From Nitrospirota bacterium (GTDB taxonomy: Bacteria > Nitrospirota > UBA9217): a DNA stretch of 64,000 nt. The translations under genes were made by a program, and so were the position numbers. Of this stretch, positions 22,707-33,983 are shown piece by piece (the first letter of the stretch is position 1; every line of letters begins with the position of its first letter). The stretch is from assembly GCA_963741205.1 (NCBI GenBank), contig CAVUHW010000031.1, forward strand, positions 78,008-142,007, in the 5' to 3' direction. The notes under the pieces were generated by a model, which saw only the letters and a list, made by a program, of their open reading frames with translations, did not search any database and was not told the DNA's origin.

Positions 22707-24163
22707 ATGTATCTTCAAAAATCACCTGTCTATGCTTCACTCTGTCTCTTGGCTCTGTGCATTGTATTAACGAGCTTTTTCTCAGCCTGCTCGAGTTCGG
22801 GGGGTAATGCGCAAGATCCCGGCAACGCCGTCAGCACCGGCAACTCAGGCGGCACGAACACCCTGCCCTCCGGCACGGGCGGCATCTCATTCCAAGTCGT
22901 CATGCAACCCAAGTCCGGTTCACAAGCACATAAACTTACACCTGCGTTCAACTCCTGCGTTGATAATGCGATCGGCACCATCACCGCAACCGTTTTAAGC
23001 GGCACCACAACCGTCACCAGCAACTCCTGGCCATGCTCCGCGCACCAGGGCACCATTCTCGGAGTCCCGGCCGGAACGAATTACACCTTGACGGTCAGTG
23101 GAATATCGTCCGGAACGACAATATGGAGCGGTCAGATCACGTCGCTCACCGTTAACACAGGCGGAATAACTAATGCTGGAACTATCACCATGAGTTACGT
23201 CGGCGCAGACACGACCGCCCCGACAGTGACTCTCATCGGCCCGAATTCAAACCCGGCAAGTACAACGAACGTTCCGGTCACCGATCGTTTAAACATCGCC
23301 TTCAGCGAATCAATGGCTATTTCAACGGTCACTTCAACCAACATTACACTCAATAATGGCTCAGTTCCGGGAACCGTGAGCTATGATAGCGCGAGCAACA
23401 CCGCCGCATTTATTCCCTCCTCACCCCTTTCGTACGATACTCAGTATGTCCTGCAGGTCACACCCTGCGTTGCGGGATCCTGCATTAAAGACACGGCGGG
23501 CAACCAGCTTGCGGGCAGCTACACGAACACCATTACGACCGAGTCCACGCCCACCGGGACTGCTAACGCGCCTGCTGGGTTTGACGGCCAAACCGGGCAA
23601 CGGTCAGGTAACGTTGGACTGGCCCGCGGTGAACGGCGCCACATCGTACAACGTTTATTACGGCACCGCACCGGGGGTCACGACAACGACCGGCACGCCG
23701 CTCCTTGGTGTTCGAGCGCCCGCAATACACCTGGGTCTTACCAACGATACGACCTATTATTACATCGTCACCGCTGTCACCGACACTAACGGCGTCTTGG
23801 GAGAGTCTCCGGCCTCCGCTGAAACAAGCACGACCCCCACCGCCCCCACCGGGAATCCGTTGCCGCCCGCGAGCCTCGCGGTTACCTTTAACCCAGGCGT
23901 GTCCCTATACGGTTACCTGGCCCCCAGTCAGCGGCGCAACGTCATATAATCTTTACTGGTCTACGAGGGGCATTTACCCCGACCATACCGCAGCGGACAA
24001 CGTGATACGCAATGTCGCCGGTGTTTCGGTTGTTCATTCGGGCGTTACGCCCGGGGTGACCTATTGCTACATTGTGACGGCTATGAATTCTGTCGGCGAA
24101 AGCGCCGATTCAATGCAGGTTTGCGGCCCCGGCGCCGGCTCCATTTCGATCGTTTGGCCGTAG
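22707..24163 (+). CDS. Lipoprotein with Ig-like (Big_5-type) and two Fn3 domains (apparent frameshifts)
   Basis: Lipobox FFSAC; DTTAPTV..IAFSESM..AAFIPSSPLSYDTQY..IKDTAGNQL; WPAVNGATSYNVYY; ends GAGSISIVWP*; AGGAGG RBS. Confidence 0.8.
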
Positions 24164-24181
24164 AACGGGACTACGCTTGAC

Positions 24182-24221
24182 AACCCGAAGGTCGCCGGTT
24201 CAAATCCGGCCTCCGCTGCCA
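24182..24221 (+). pseudogene. 3' half of initiator tRNA-Met (att-site-like remnant)
   Basis: AACCCGAAGGTCGCCGGTTCAAATCCGGCCTCCGCTGCCA covers the 3' anticodon stem, T-arm and acceptor/CCA; no 5' half or CAT anticodon upstream. Confidence 0.8.
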
Positions 24222-24230
24222 ACTAATTCT

Positions 24231-24264
24231 ATGGGTTACAGCATTCGCTGTAACCCATTTTTTT
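24231..24264 (+). terminator. Intrinsic terminator-like hairpin after the tRNA remnant
   Basis: ATGGGTTACAGC-attc-GCTGTAACCCAT followed by a T tract. Confidence 0.75.
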
Positions 24265-24443
24265 AAAGGACGGGATCAGGACAGCGATAACCCCTCCTGA
24301 CTGTTCATAGACTCGGATCTCCCGTGGGCATTCTAAATGGAATCGCCGTGCCGTTTAACGATCAAATGGTGATTCATTAGCATCCTCGTGGGAGAAGAGA
24401 AGGGGACATGAATTGCGTTCCACGATATCAACGAGTTTTCCTC

Positions 24444-24471
24444 TTGACAAGCTTTCGTGATCTGATAAACT
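24444..24471 (+). promoter_or_regulatory. Sigma-70-type promoter
   Basis: TTGACA-N16-TAAACT with extended -10 TG. Confidence 0.5.
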
Positions 24472-24525
24472 TAGAAAAGATTGTCTGGATTTGGCGTCTA
24501 AATCATAATAAAGGGAGGTAGTTCT

Positions 24526-24825
24526 ATGCGTGGATCCATGAAACATGCAACAATGCTTTTTCTTATGGTTTTTGCCCTGCTGGCCTTTGTCGGAGTGGCC
24601 CTCGCGGCGGAGATGTCCGGGGAAGTTACGGCAGTGGATCCTGTAAAAGGCCATCTCACATTTAAGACGGGAACCGTTGAAACGGGCTTCGATTGCGAGA
24701 ACGTTTCCATGATTAAAGATGTGAAGGTGGGTGATAAGGTAACTGTGGAATACACGGAGGTAGGCGGTAAAAAGAAAGCCACAAAAGTCTCCCCAATGAA
24801 AAAGAAACCCTCTGTCGGGTGTTGA
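24526..24825 (+). CDS. Small exported OB-fold-like protein ending KKKPSVGC
   Basis: Signal peptide (VALA-A), GEVTAVD..DVKVGDKVTVEY; GGAGG RBS; has its own terminator. Confidence 0.8.
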   Translation: MRGSMKHATMLFLMVFALLAFVGVALAAEMSGEVTAVDPVKGHLTFKTGTVETGFDCENVSMIKDVKVGDKVTVEYTEVGGKKKATKVSPMKKKPSVGC

Positions 24826-24854
24826 TATTTCCTGACAAAATTTCTTTGCTTGAT

Positions 24855-24885
24855 AAGGGATGCCTTGAGAGGGCATCCCTTTTTT
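24855..24885 (+). terminator. Intrinsic terminator
   Basis: AAGGGATGCC-ttgagag-GGCATCCCTT followed by a T tract. Confidence 0.8.
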
Positions 24886-25040
24886 ATCGTATTGCCGCTG
24901 AGCGTGGCATCCTTTAGCTTTTAATCCGGTTTGTCCGGGCCAGACAACGGGATCACATTGGCGGCGTCGAAAAGCAGGTTATCCATGGTCGACCCTGAAA
25001 GATACTCACGGATCATTCAGGCGTAACTGAGGGGGAGTTT

Positions 25041-25181
25041 ATGGGGAAAAAGGAGCCGAGGTACGAAAATAACCGAAGATCGGGCGACGACCGGCGCAAA
25101 TTCAACGATCCAAAATATGAAGGTCCTGATCGCAGAAGGGGGACAGACAGAAGATTTTGGCTAGACCGCAGGTCTTCCTGA
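25041..25181 (+). CDS. 46-aa Arg-rich microprotein with YEGPDRR and repeated (D/N)RR motifs; candidate c-di-GMP binder
   Basis: Hand translation MGKKEPRYENNRRSGDDRRKFNDPKYEGPDRRRGTDRRFWLDRRSS*; GGGGGAG RBS; below the ORF-track size cutoff. Confidence 0.7.
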   Translation: MGKKEPRYENNRRSGDDRRKFNDPKYEGPDRRRGTDRRFWLDRRSS

Positions 25182-25307
25182 TCTCTTGGACAAACGCTCC
25201 TCGAATCTTGGATGATGACTGAAGACCAGAAGTTACCCAGTGTTTTAACTTGCAATTCCCCGTCACGCCAAGATGGGACTGCGGGGGTAGTTCTTAGAAG
25301 CTTGCCG

Positions 25308-25342
25308 ACCCTCCCCTTGATCCCCTCCCATCAAGGAAGGGG
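25308..25342. repeat. REP-like palindrome (CCCCTCCC-ATCAA-GGAAGGGG)
   Basis: ACCCTCCCCTTGATCCCCTCCCATCAAGGAAGGGG. Confidence 0.5.
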
Positions 25343-25590
25343 CTAAATATCGCTCTCCGTTTCGCAGACCCGCCCCGAAAATATCTTTTGCAAAATACCC
25401 ATCGCTGTGCTAAAGTAATTTTTGAACTTCATGAAATTACGATGAATTTTTATGTGCTGCTGGCCTTCTGAACAGGATTCCGCGGTATGATGGCGTGGGT
25501 TTGAACGCACGGCGGCAGCGGAACTCTGCAGTGGTTTTCATTCCTCATAAGCGAACGCAAGAGGGACGGAAATCCGAGGAATAATTATTT

Positions 25591-25812
25591 ATGGACCCGA
25601 TCATGTGTCCCTTTTGCGGGGGAACGAACCTCTTTCAGGAAGACGACTACAGCCTTGAGCTTGATTACGAATACTGGACCATCCACCACTGGGAATGCCT
25701 GGATTGCGCGCAGTCTTTCGACAAAATCGAGATGTCTTGCCCGCATCCAATTCCTTCGAGACGGTCAATAATGAAAGCACCATACACTGACGAGTGCGAA
25801 GACGAAGGATGA
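25591..25812 (+). CDS. Small acidic zinc-ribbon protein
   Basis: CPFCGG...WECLDC, two CxxC pairs; GAGGA RBS. Confidence 0.7.
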   Translation: MDPIMCPFCGGTNLFQEDDYSLELDYEYWTIHHWECLDCAQSFDKIEMSCPHPIPSRRSIMKAPYTDECEDEG

Positions 25813-25924
25813 GGGATGACGTGCGAAGTGCGATAAATTCGCAAGCACTAAACACAATAGCCATAAACTATAAACGATCAACAATCCGAAAGTATCCATG
25901 ATAAAGCATCAGTTGCATCCCGAT

Positions 25925-27108
25925 ATGCCGACGAAATCCATTGACAACCATGCCAGAACGCATTCTTCATCATCTGCTCCATCGGCGCCTGTTTCGAGCC
26001 GTCCGACAGCGGCGGTGATCGACCTCGGCGCCATCGAGCACAATTTCCGGGAGGCGACGCGCCGCGCCGAGGGGAGGCAAGGTCCTGGCGGTCGTCAAGG
26101 CGCAGGCCTACGGACACGGCGCGGTCCGCGTTTCCCGGCGTCTCCTGGCGCTCGGGGCCGGACATGCTCGGCGTGGCGCTGGTTGAAGAAGGGAAAAGAA
26201 CTCCGCGACGCCGGCATCGAGGCGCCCATCCTGCTCATGGGGCCGATGTTTCCGGAACAGGCGGAGGCCGCGGCAAAGCTTAACCTGACGCCGGCGGTCT
26301 ATTCGATGCCCGTCGCCCGCGCGCTTGTCGGAAGCCGCGCGGAAACTCGGGCGGAAGATTTCCGTCCACGCGAAGATCGATACCGGCATGGGAAGGATCG
26401 GCGTCACCCCCGAGGAGGCGCCCGGATTCATCTCGGCGCTGCGCGGACTTTCCGGCATCGAGGTGACGGGGCTGATGACCCATTTCGCCGACGCGGACCT
26501 GCGCGACAAGAGGTTCGCATCGGAGCAGATGGACCGCTTCGAGGCGCTGCTCCGGGAACTGGATGCGAAGGGCATCGACCTCCCGCTCCGTCACGCCGCC
26601 AACAGCGCGGCGGTCCTCGACTTCCGGCGCGCGCTGTTCACCATGGTGAGGCCGGGACTGATGCTGTACGGGTACAACCCGCTCGAACAGCGCGGCGGAG
26701 GGCGCGGACCTCAGGCCGGCGCTGTCGTTCGTGACGCGCGTCGCATTCCTGAAAAAGGTGCCGGCCGGCGTTCCGATCAGCTACGGCAGGACCTTTGTCA
26801 CGAAGCGGGAAAGCGTCATCGCCACGCTGCCGATCGGGTACGCCGACGGCTACAGCCGGGGCCTTTCGAACAAGGGTGAAGCGCTCGTGCGCGGAAGGCG
26901 GGCGCGCGTGGCGGGCAGGGTGTGCATGGACATGTGCATGATGGACGTGACGGACGTTCCCGGCGTCCGGGAAGGGGACGAGGTCGTCCTCATCGGAAGC
27001 CAGTCCGGCGAACGCGTCACCGCGGACGAAATCGCGGTGAAGACCGGGACCATCCCCTATGAGGTGCTCTGTGGCATCGGCAGCCGGGTTCCAAGGATTT
27101 ATCTATAG
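25925..27108 (+). CDS. alr: Alanine racemase (apparent frameshifts)
   Basis: [62 protein letters not shown]. Confidence 0.95.
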
Positions 27109-27109
27109 C

Positions 27110-27871
27110 GTGCTCGAAAAGGTGGGCCAGAAGACCTCGGGTGTCATCACCGAGGTGGGGGGCGTCCTGTTGTTCCTGGGACAAACGCTCCGCTGGTGCG
27201 TGACTCCGCCCTTTTATCTGAAGAACGTGCTGAAGCAGATGGAGGAGATCGGCTTCAATTCCGTCCCGGTCGTGCTCACGACGGCGCTCTCGACCGGCAT
27301 GGTCCTGGCGCTCCAAAGCTACACGGGGTTCAAGCGGTTCGGCGCCGAGACCCTGATCGGCACGGTCGTCTCGCTTTCCATGACGCGGGAACTCGGCCCC
27401 GTGCTCACGGGACTCATGGTCGCGGGCAGGGCGGGCGCGTCCATGGCCGCGGAACTCGGGACCATGCGCGTCACGGAGCAGATCGACGCGCTTACGACGC
27501 TGGCGACCAATCCCATGAAGTACCTGGTAGTGCCGCGGTTCATCGCCAGCACCGTGATGATGTTCTTTCTCACCGCCCTCGGTATGATGATCGGCATCGT
27601 AGGCGGGTATTTCGTAGGGGTGAAGGTGCTCCGCACGAACCCGGTAACGTACATAAAAAACAGCGAAAACTTTACCGAGGTCACCGATATCTGGTACGGT
27701 CTGATTAAGGCGCTCGTGTTCGGCGCCGTCGTCGGGCTCATCGGCTGTTACAAGGGGTTTCATACCGAAGGCGGGGCGGAAGGAGTGGGAAAGGCCACGA
27801 CCGGCGCCGTTGTGGTCTCGTGCATGCTGATCCTGATCCTGGACTATTTCCTGTCCGCGCTCTTGTGGTGA
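27110..27871 (+). CDS. mlaE: MlaE-family ABC permease
   Basis: RELGPVLTGLMVAGRAGASMAAELGTMRVTEQIDAL; GAEGVGKATT. Confidence 0.93.
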   Translation: MLEKVGQKTSGVITEVGGVLLFLGQTLRWCVTPPFYLKNVLKQMEEIGFNSVPVVLTTALSTGMVLALQSYTGFKRFGAETLIGTVVSLSMTRELGPVLTGLMVAGRAGASMAAELGTMRVTEQIDALTTLATNPMKYLVVPRFIASTVMMFFLTALGMMIGIVGGYFVGVKVLRTNPVTYIKNSENFTEVTDIWYGLIKALVFGAVVGLIGCYKGFHTEGGAEGVGKATTGAVVVSCMLILILDYFLSALLW

Positions 27872-27875
27872 CGCC

Positions 27876-28628
27876 ATGGCGATGATCGACGTCATCGATT
27901 TGTACAAGAGCTTCGGCGGCAACCAGGTCCTGCGCGGCGTGAACCTTACCGTCGAGAAGGGCGAGAGCGTGACCGTGATCGGCGGCAGCGGCAGCGGCAA
28001 GAGCGTGTTGATCAAGCATATCATCGGCCTCCTGTTTCCGGACCTGGGGAGGGTGATCATCGAGGGCCAGGTGCTGAACGAACTCGATGAATACGGCCTG
28101 AACGAGCTGCGGAAAAAGTTCGGCATGCTGTTTCAGATGGCCGCCCTTTTCGACTCGTTGTCGGTCTGGGAGAACGTCGGGTTCTCCCTCAAGCAGCACA
28201 CGAAGCTGTCGGACCGGGAGATCAGGAAGATCGCGACCGAGAAACTGGCGCTCGTCGGCCTGAAGGACGTCGAGGACAAGATGCCGTCGGAGCTCTCCGG
28301 AGGCATGAAGAAGAGGGTGGGGTTGGCCCGCGCGATCGCCATGGACGCGGCCATCATCCTGTACGACGAGCCCACGACGGGCCTGGACCCGATCACGGCC
28401 GACTCGATCAACGACCTGATCGTCGACCTCCGGCAAAAGCTCGGCGTGACGTCGGTCGCCATCACGCACGACATGCAGAGCGCCTACAAGATATCGGACC
28501 GAATCGCCATGCTGTACAAGGGCGAGATCATCGAAACGGGCACGCCCGAAGAGATCAGGAACTCAACGAACCCCATCGTCCGCCAGTTCATCACGGGCAG
28601 CGCGGTGGGGCCGATAACAGCGGAATAA
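27876..28628 (+). CDS. mlaF: MlaF/Mkl ABC ATPase
   Basis: GGSGSGKS, LFQMAALFDSL, LSGGMKKRV, YDEPTTGLDP. Confidence 0.92.
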   Translation: MAMIDVIDLYKSFGGNQVLRGVNLTVEKGESVTVIGGSGSGKSVLIKHIIGLLFPDLGRVIIEGQVLNELDEYGLNELRKKFGMLFQMAALFDSLSVWENVGFSLKQHTKLSDREIRKIATEKLALVGLKDVEDKMPSELSGGMKKRVGLARAIAMDAAIILYDEPTTGLDPITADSINDLIVDLRQKLGVTSVAITHDMQSAYKISDRIAMLYKGEIIETGTPEEIRNSTNPIVRQFITGSAVGPITAE

Positions 28629-28642
28629 CGGACGACAGTCGT

Positions 28643-28762
28643 AACCACGGATGAACACGGTAAAGCGGGGAGAAACCCTGATAAACATTTAAGGACTTTT
28701 AATCGTCTGATATTCCCACGGTTTTATCGTTTCCGGCTCTTTTAGCAGTGTTAATCCGTGGT
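28643..28762. mobile_element. ~120-bp MITE-like element with AACCACGGAT...ATCCGTGGT termini
   Basis: AACCACGGATGAACACGG ... CAGTGTTAATCCGTGGT inverted termini within the mlaF-mlaD gap. Confidence 0.55.
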
Positions 28763-28787
28763 AATTTCAGATTTTCGGAGACAGTTC

Positions 28788-30203
28788 ATGGCGAATCTGA
28801 GCGCAGAGGCAAAGGTGGGCTTGCTGGTGATCGTGGGGTCGGCGATCCTCCTGTACATGACCATTGCCGTCGGCAAGTACGAATTCGGAGAGAAGAAAGG
28901 CTATACCCTGGAGGCGACGTTCGACTCCGTGGCCGGGATCGATCAGAAGGCGGCCGTGCGCATGGCAGGCGTGAAGATCGGAACGGTTGAAAAGGTGGAA
29001 CTCGATGACAGCCGCGCCAAGGTGACCCTGCGGCTCGACGAGGGCGTAAAGATCAAGCGCGGGTCAGAGGCCATGATCAAGACCCTGGGTCTCCTGGGCG
29101 AGAAATACGTGGAATTCATGCCGGCGAGATTGGAACGTCCCGTAACCGCACAAGCCCGGCGAATCCCCCTATTACCAGAACGGCGACCGGGTCCTGGTCA
29201 CCGTTTCCCCGAGCGACGTGGACAAGCTCATCAACCAGCTCTCCGCCATTTCGGACGACGTCAAACAGATCACGGCGTCGCTCCGCCAGGTCCTGGGGAC
29301 CGAGACAGGGCACGAAGTCCATGGAGGACATCCTGAATGACCTGCGCCAGACCACGGCGAACATCAAGGACTTCTCCCAGACCCTCCGGAGCGACGGCAG
29401 CGAGCTTGTCGTGAGCCTCAATGAGCTGGTGGCAAGCCTCAACGGCGTCGTAGGGGAGAACCGCGACAACCTGCGCGTGACCATGGAGAACGTCAAGGAG
29501 GCGTCGAAGAACGCCGAGATGGCCCTGGCCACCCTCGACAATACCATGAAAAAAATCGACCAGGGAGAAGGCACGATCGGCAAGCTCGTGAACAACGACA
29601 GCATGTACAACAGCATCGACAGCGCCGCCAAGGGCATCACGGACTACGTCTCGCGCATCGAGCGCATGAAGACGATCGTCGGGTTCCGGAGCGAGTACAC
29701 GTTCCCCCAGACCAAGAACTATGTCACTCTGGAGCTCAAGCCGCGGCCGGACAAGTACTATATTCTCGAAGTGACCAACGATCCCTTCGGCAGCTTCAAG
29801 CGGGAGGTGCACACGTCGCACGCCGCCCGGCGCCACGGTGGTGACCGAGACCTTCGAGGATAAGTTCAAGTTCAGCCTCGAATACGCGAGACGGTGGGGG
29901 AACCTCGCCCTCCGCTTCGGCCTGATAGAATCCACGGGCGGCGTCGCGGCAGACTATTATTTCTGGGATGACCGGTTCAAGGTGAGCCTTGATTCGTGGA
30001 ACTACAACAGCAGGGAGCCGGGCAACGAAAAGGTGCATCTCAAGGCGACGGCCAGTTACGGCCTGGGAAAGACCTTCTACGTGAACGCCGGTTACGATAA
30101 TTTCCTGAACTCGCAGCGTTCGGCGCCATTCGTCGGCGCCGGACTGCGGTTCGACGACGACGATCTGAAGTATCTCATGGGCAGCGTGCCGATACCGAAG
30201 TGA
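28788..30203 (+). CDS. mlaD: Long MCE/MlaD protein with helical region and C-terminal beta-rich domain (apparent frameshifts)
   Basis: EAKVGL, VRMAGVKIGTV, GLLGEKYVE, GEGTIGKLV, RFGLIESTGG. Confidence 0.88.
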
Positions 30204-30211
30204 CGAAGCTT

Positions 30212-30289
30212 GCAGAGCGCATACGAGCATAGCGTAGAACCACTCGTGCTCCACTCCTTACGCCATGCGCCATGCGCTCTGCGCTTTGC
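30212..30289. repeat. Heptamer-periodic inverted element (GCAGAGC / CGCCATG-CGCTCTG)
   Basis: GCAGAGC GCATACGA GCATAGC ... CGCCATG CGCCATG CGCTCTG CGCTTTG. Confidence 0.7.
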
Positions 30290-30298
30290 TGTCTTACC

Positions 30299-30327
30299 TT
30301 GACATTTCGAGGCCAGTTTCATAGAAT
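30299..30327 (+). promoter_or_regulatory. Sigma-70 promoter of galU
   Basis: TTGACA-N17-TAGAAT. Confidence 0.65.
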
Positions 30328-30344
30328 GCCCGCGAGGTGTTTGC

Positions 30345-31214
30345 ATGGACAAACCGGTCACCAAAGCGATTTTCCCGGCCGCAGGCCTGGGCACCCGTTT
30401 CCTGCCGTACACCAAGGTGTCGCCCAAGGAGATGCTGCCGCTCGTGGACAAGCCGCTCATCCAGTATGTTGTGGAGGAGGCGGTATCGTCGGGCATCGAA
30501 CAGGTCATCCTGGTGACCGGAAGGGGCAAACGGGCGATCGAGGACCACTTCGACGTCGCCTTCGAACTGGAAGAGAACCTCAAGGCAAAGGGCAAGCACA
30601 AGCTGCTCTCGGAGGTGCAGCGTATCGCGAACCTCGTGACGTTCTGCTACATCCGGCAGAAGCAGGCGCTCGGTCTCGGTCACGCGGTCTTGACGGCCAA
30701 ACGCCTGATCGGCGACGATCCCTTTGCCGTGCTGCTGGGCGACGACATCATCGATGCAAAGGTCCCGGCGCTCAAACAGATGCTGGATGTGTATCAGCGG
30801 TACCCGGCGACGATCCTCGCCATCCAGAGGGTGCCGAAATCCCTGACGAAGAACTACGGGATCATCGGCGGCAGGAAGATCGAGGACGGCATTTATCATG
30901 TCACGGACCTCATTGAAAAACCCTCGCCCGACGAGGCGCCGTCGAACCTGGCTATCATCGGGCGCTACATCCTGGCGCCCGAAATCTTCGGCGCCCTTGA
31001 GCACACCCCCCCGGGGAAGGGTGGGGAGATCCAACTGACCGACGGGCTCCGGCTCCTGATGAAGAAGAGGCCGATCTACGCCTACGAGTTCGAGGGCATC
31101 CGGCACGACGCAGGGGATAAGCTGGGGTTCCTGAAGGCAACGGTGGCGTTCGGGCTCAAGAACCAGGAGTTCGGCGAGGCGTTCAGGGACTATTTGAAGA
31201 GGCTGAAGCTGTAA
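30345..31214 (+). CDS. galU: UTP-glucose-1-phosphate uridylyltransferase
   Basis: PAAGLGTRFLP, PKEMLPLVDKP, QALGLGHAV, EKP, GEIQLTD. Confidence 0.97.
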   Translation: MDKPVTKAIFPAAGLGTRFLPYTKVSPKEMLPLVDKPLIQYVVEEAVSSGIEQVILVTGRGKRAIEDHFDVAFELEENLKAKGKHKLLSEVQRIANLVTFCYIRQKQALGLGHAVLTAKRLIGDDPFAVLLGDDIIDAKVPALKQMLDVYQRYPATILAIQRVPKSLTKNYGIIGGRKIEDGIYHVTDLIEKPSPDEAPSNLAIIGRYILAPEIFGALEHTPPGKGGEIQLTDGLRLLMKKRPIYAYEFEGIRHDAGDKLGFLKATVAFGLKNQEFGEAFRDYLKRLKL

Positions 31215-31232
31215 AACGACTTCCTTAGATTC

Positions 31233-31314
31233 CGTCATTCCCGCAATGCTTCTGAGCGGGAATCCATTTTAAGATCAACCAGTGGATCCCCGATAGAGGC
31301 ATTCGGGGATGACG
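31233..31314. repeat. CGTC-tagged palindromic repeat dimer
   Basis: CGTCATTCCCGC..GCGGGAATCCA ... TGGATCCCCGA..TCGGGGATGACG. Confidence 0.8.
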
Positions 31315-31393
31315 AACGTTGTGAGAAGAAAGTTTATTCGTCAATTGACTGGCTAGTCTGCCAGCAATGTAAAACGAGCACGAGGAGGCCGGC

Positions 31394-33763
<2,370 letters not shown>

Positions 33764-33811
33764 CCCACAAGAGGCTTCCGGGCAGGTCAGTGGCGACGCA
33801 CTGATAAGGCG

Positions 33812-33843
33812 ATTGAGGAATGCGGAAGGCGGATTTCGGAATG
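33812..33843. repeat. Heptamer tandem (ATTGAGG AATGCGG AAGGCGG ATTTCGG)
   Basis: Same heptamer family as 13090-13172; left arm only. Confidence 0.6.
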
Positions 33844-33872
33844 AAGAGATTATTGCAATCGCCATCCGTTTC

Positions 33873-33955
33873 CATCATTCCCGCAGAGCTTTTGAGCGGG
33901 AATCCATTTTGATAACAGAACAATGGATCCCCGATAAAGGCGTTCGGGGATGACA
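33873..33955. repeat. Second copy of the CGTC-type palindromic dimer
   Basis: TCATTCCCGC..GAGCGGGAATCCATTTT ... TGGATCCCCGATA..TTCGGGGATGAC; closely similar to 31233-31314. Confidence 0.8.
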
Positions 33956-33983
33956 AATTCTTTTATACAAATCTCAAATCAGC

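Noticed and set aside
24160-24221. Intact tRNA-Met gene
   Set aside because: No 5' acceptor strand, D-arm or CAT anticodon; only the 3' 40 nt match
24820-24890. Selenocysteine read-through at GC-TGA
   Set aside because: The downstream hairpin starts ~30 nt away and has a T tail, typical of a terminator rather than a SECIS next to the UGA
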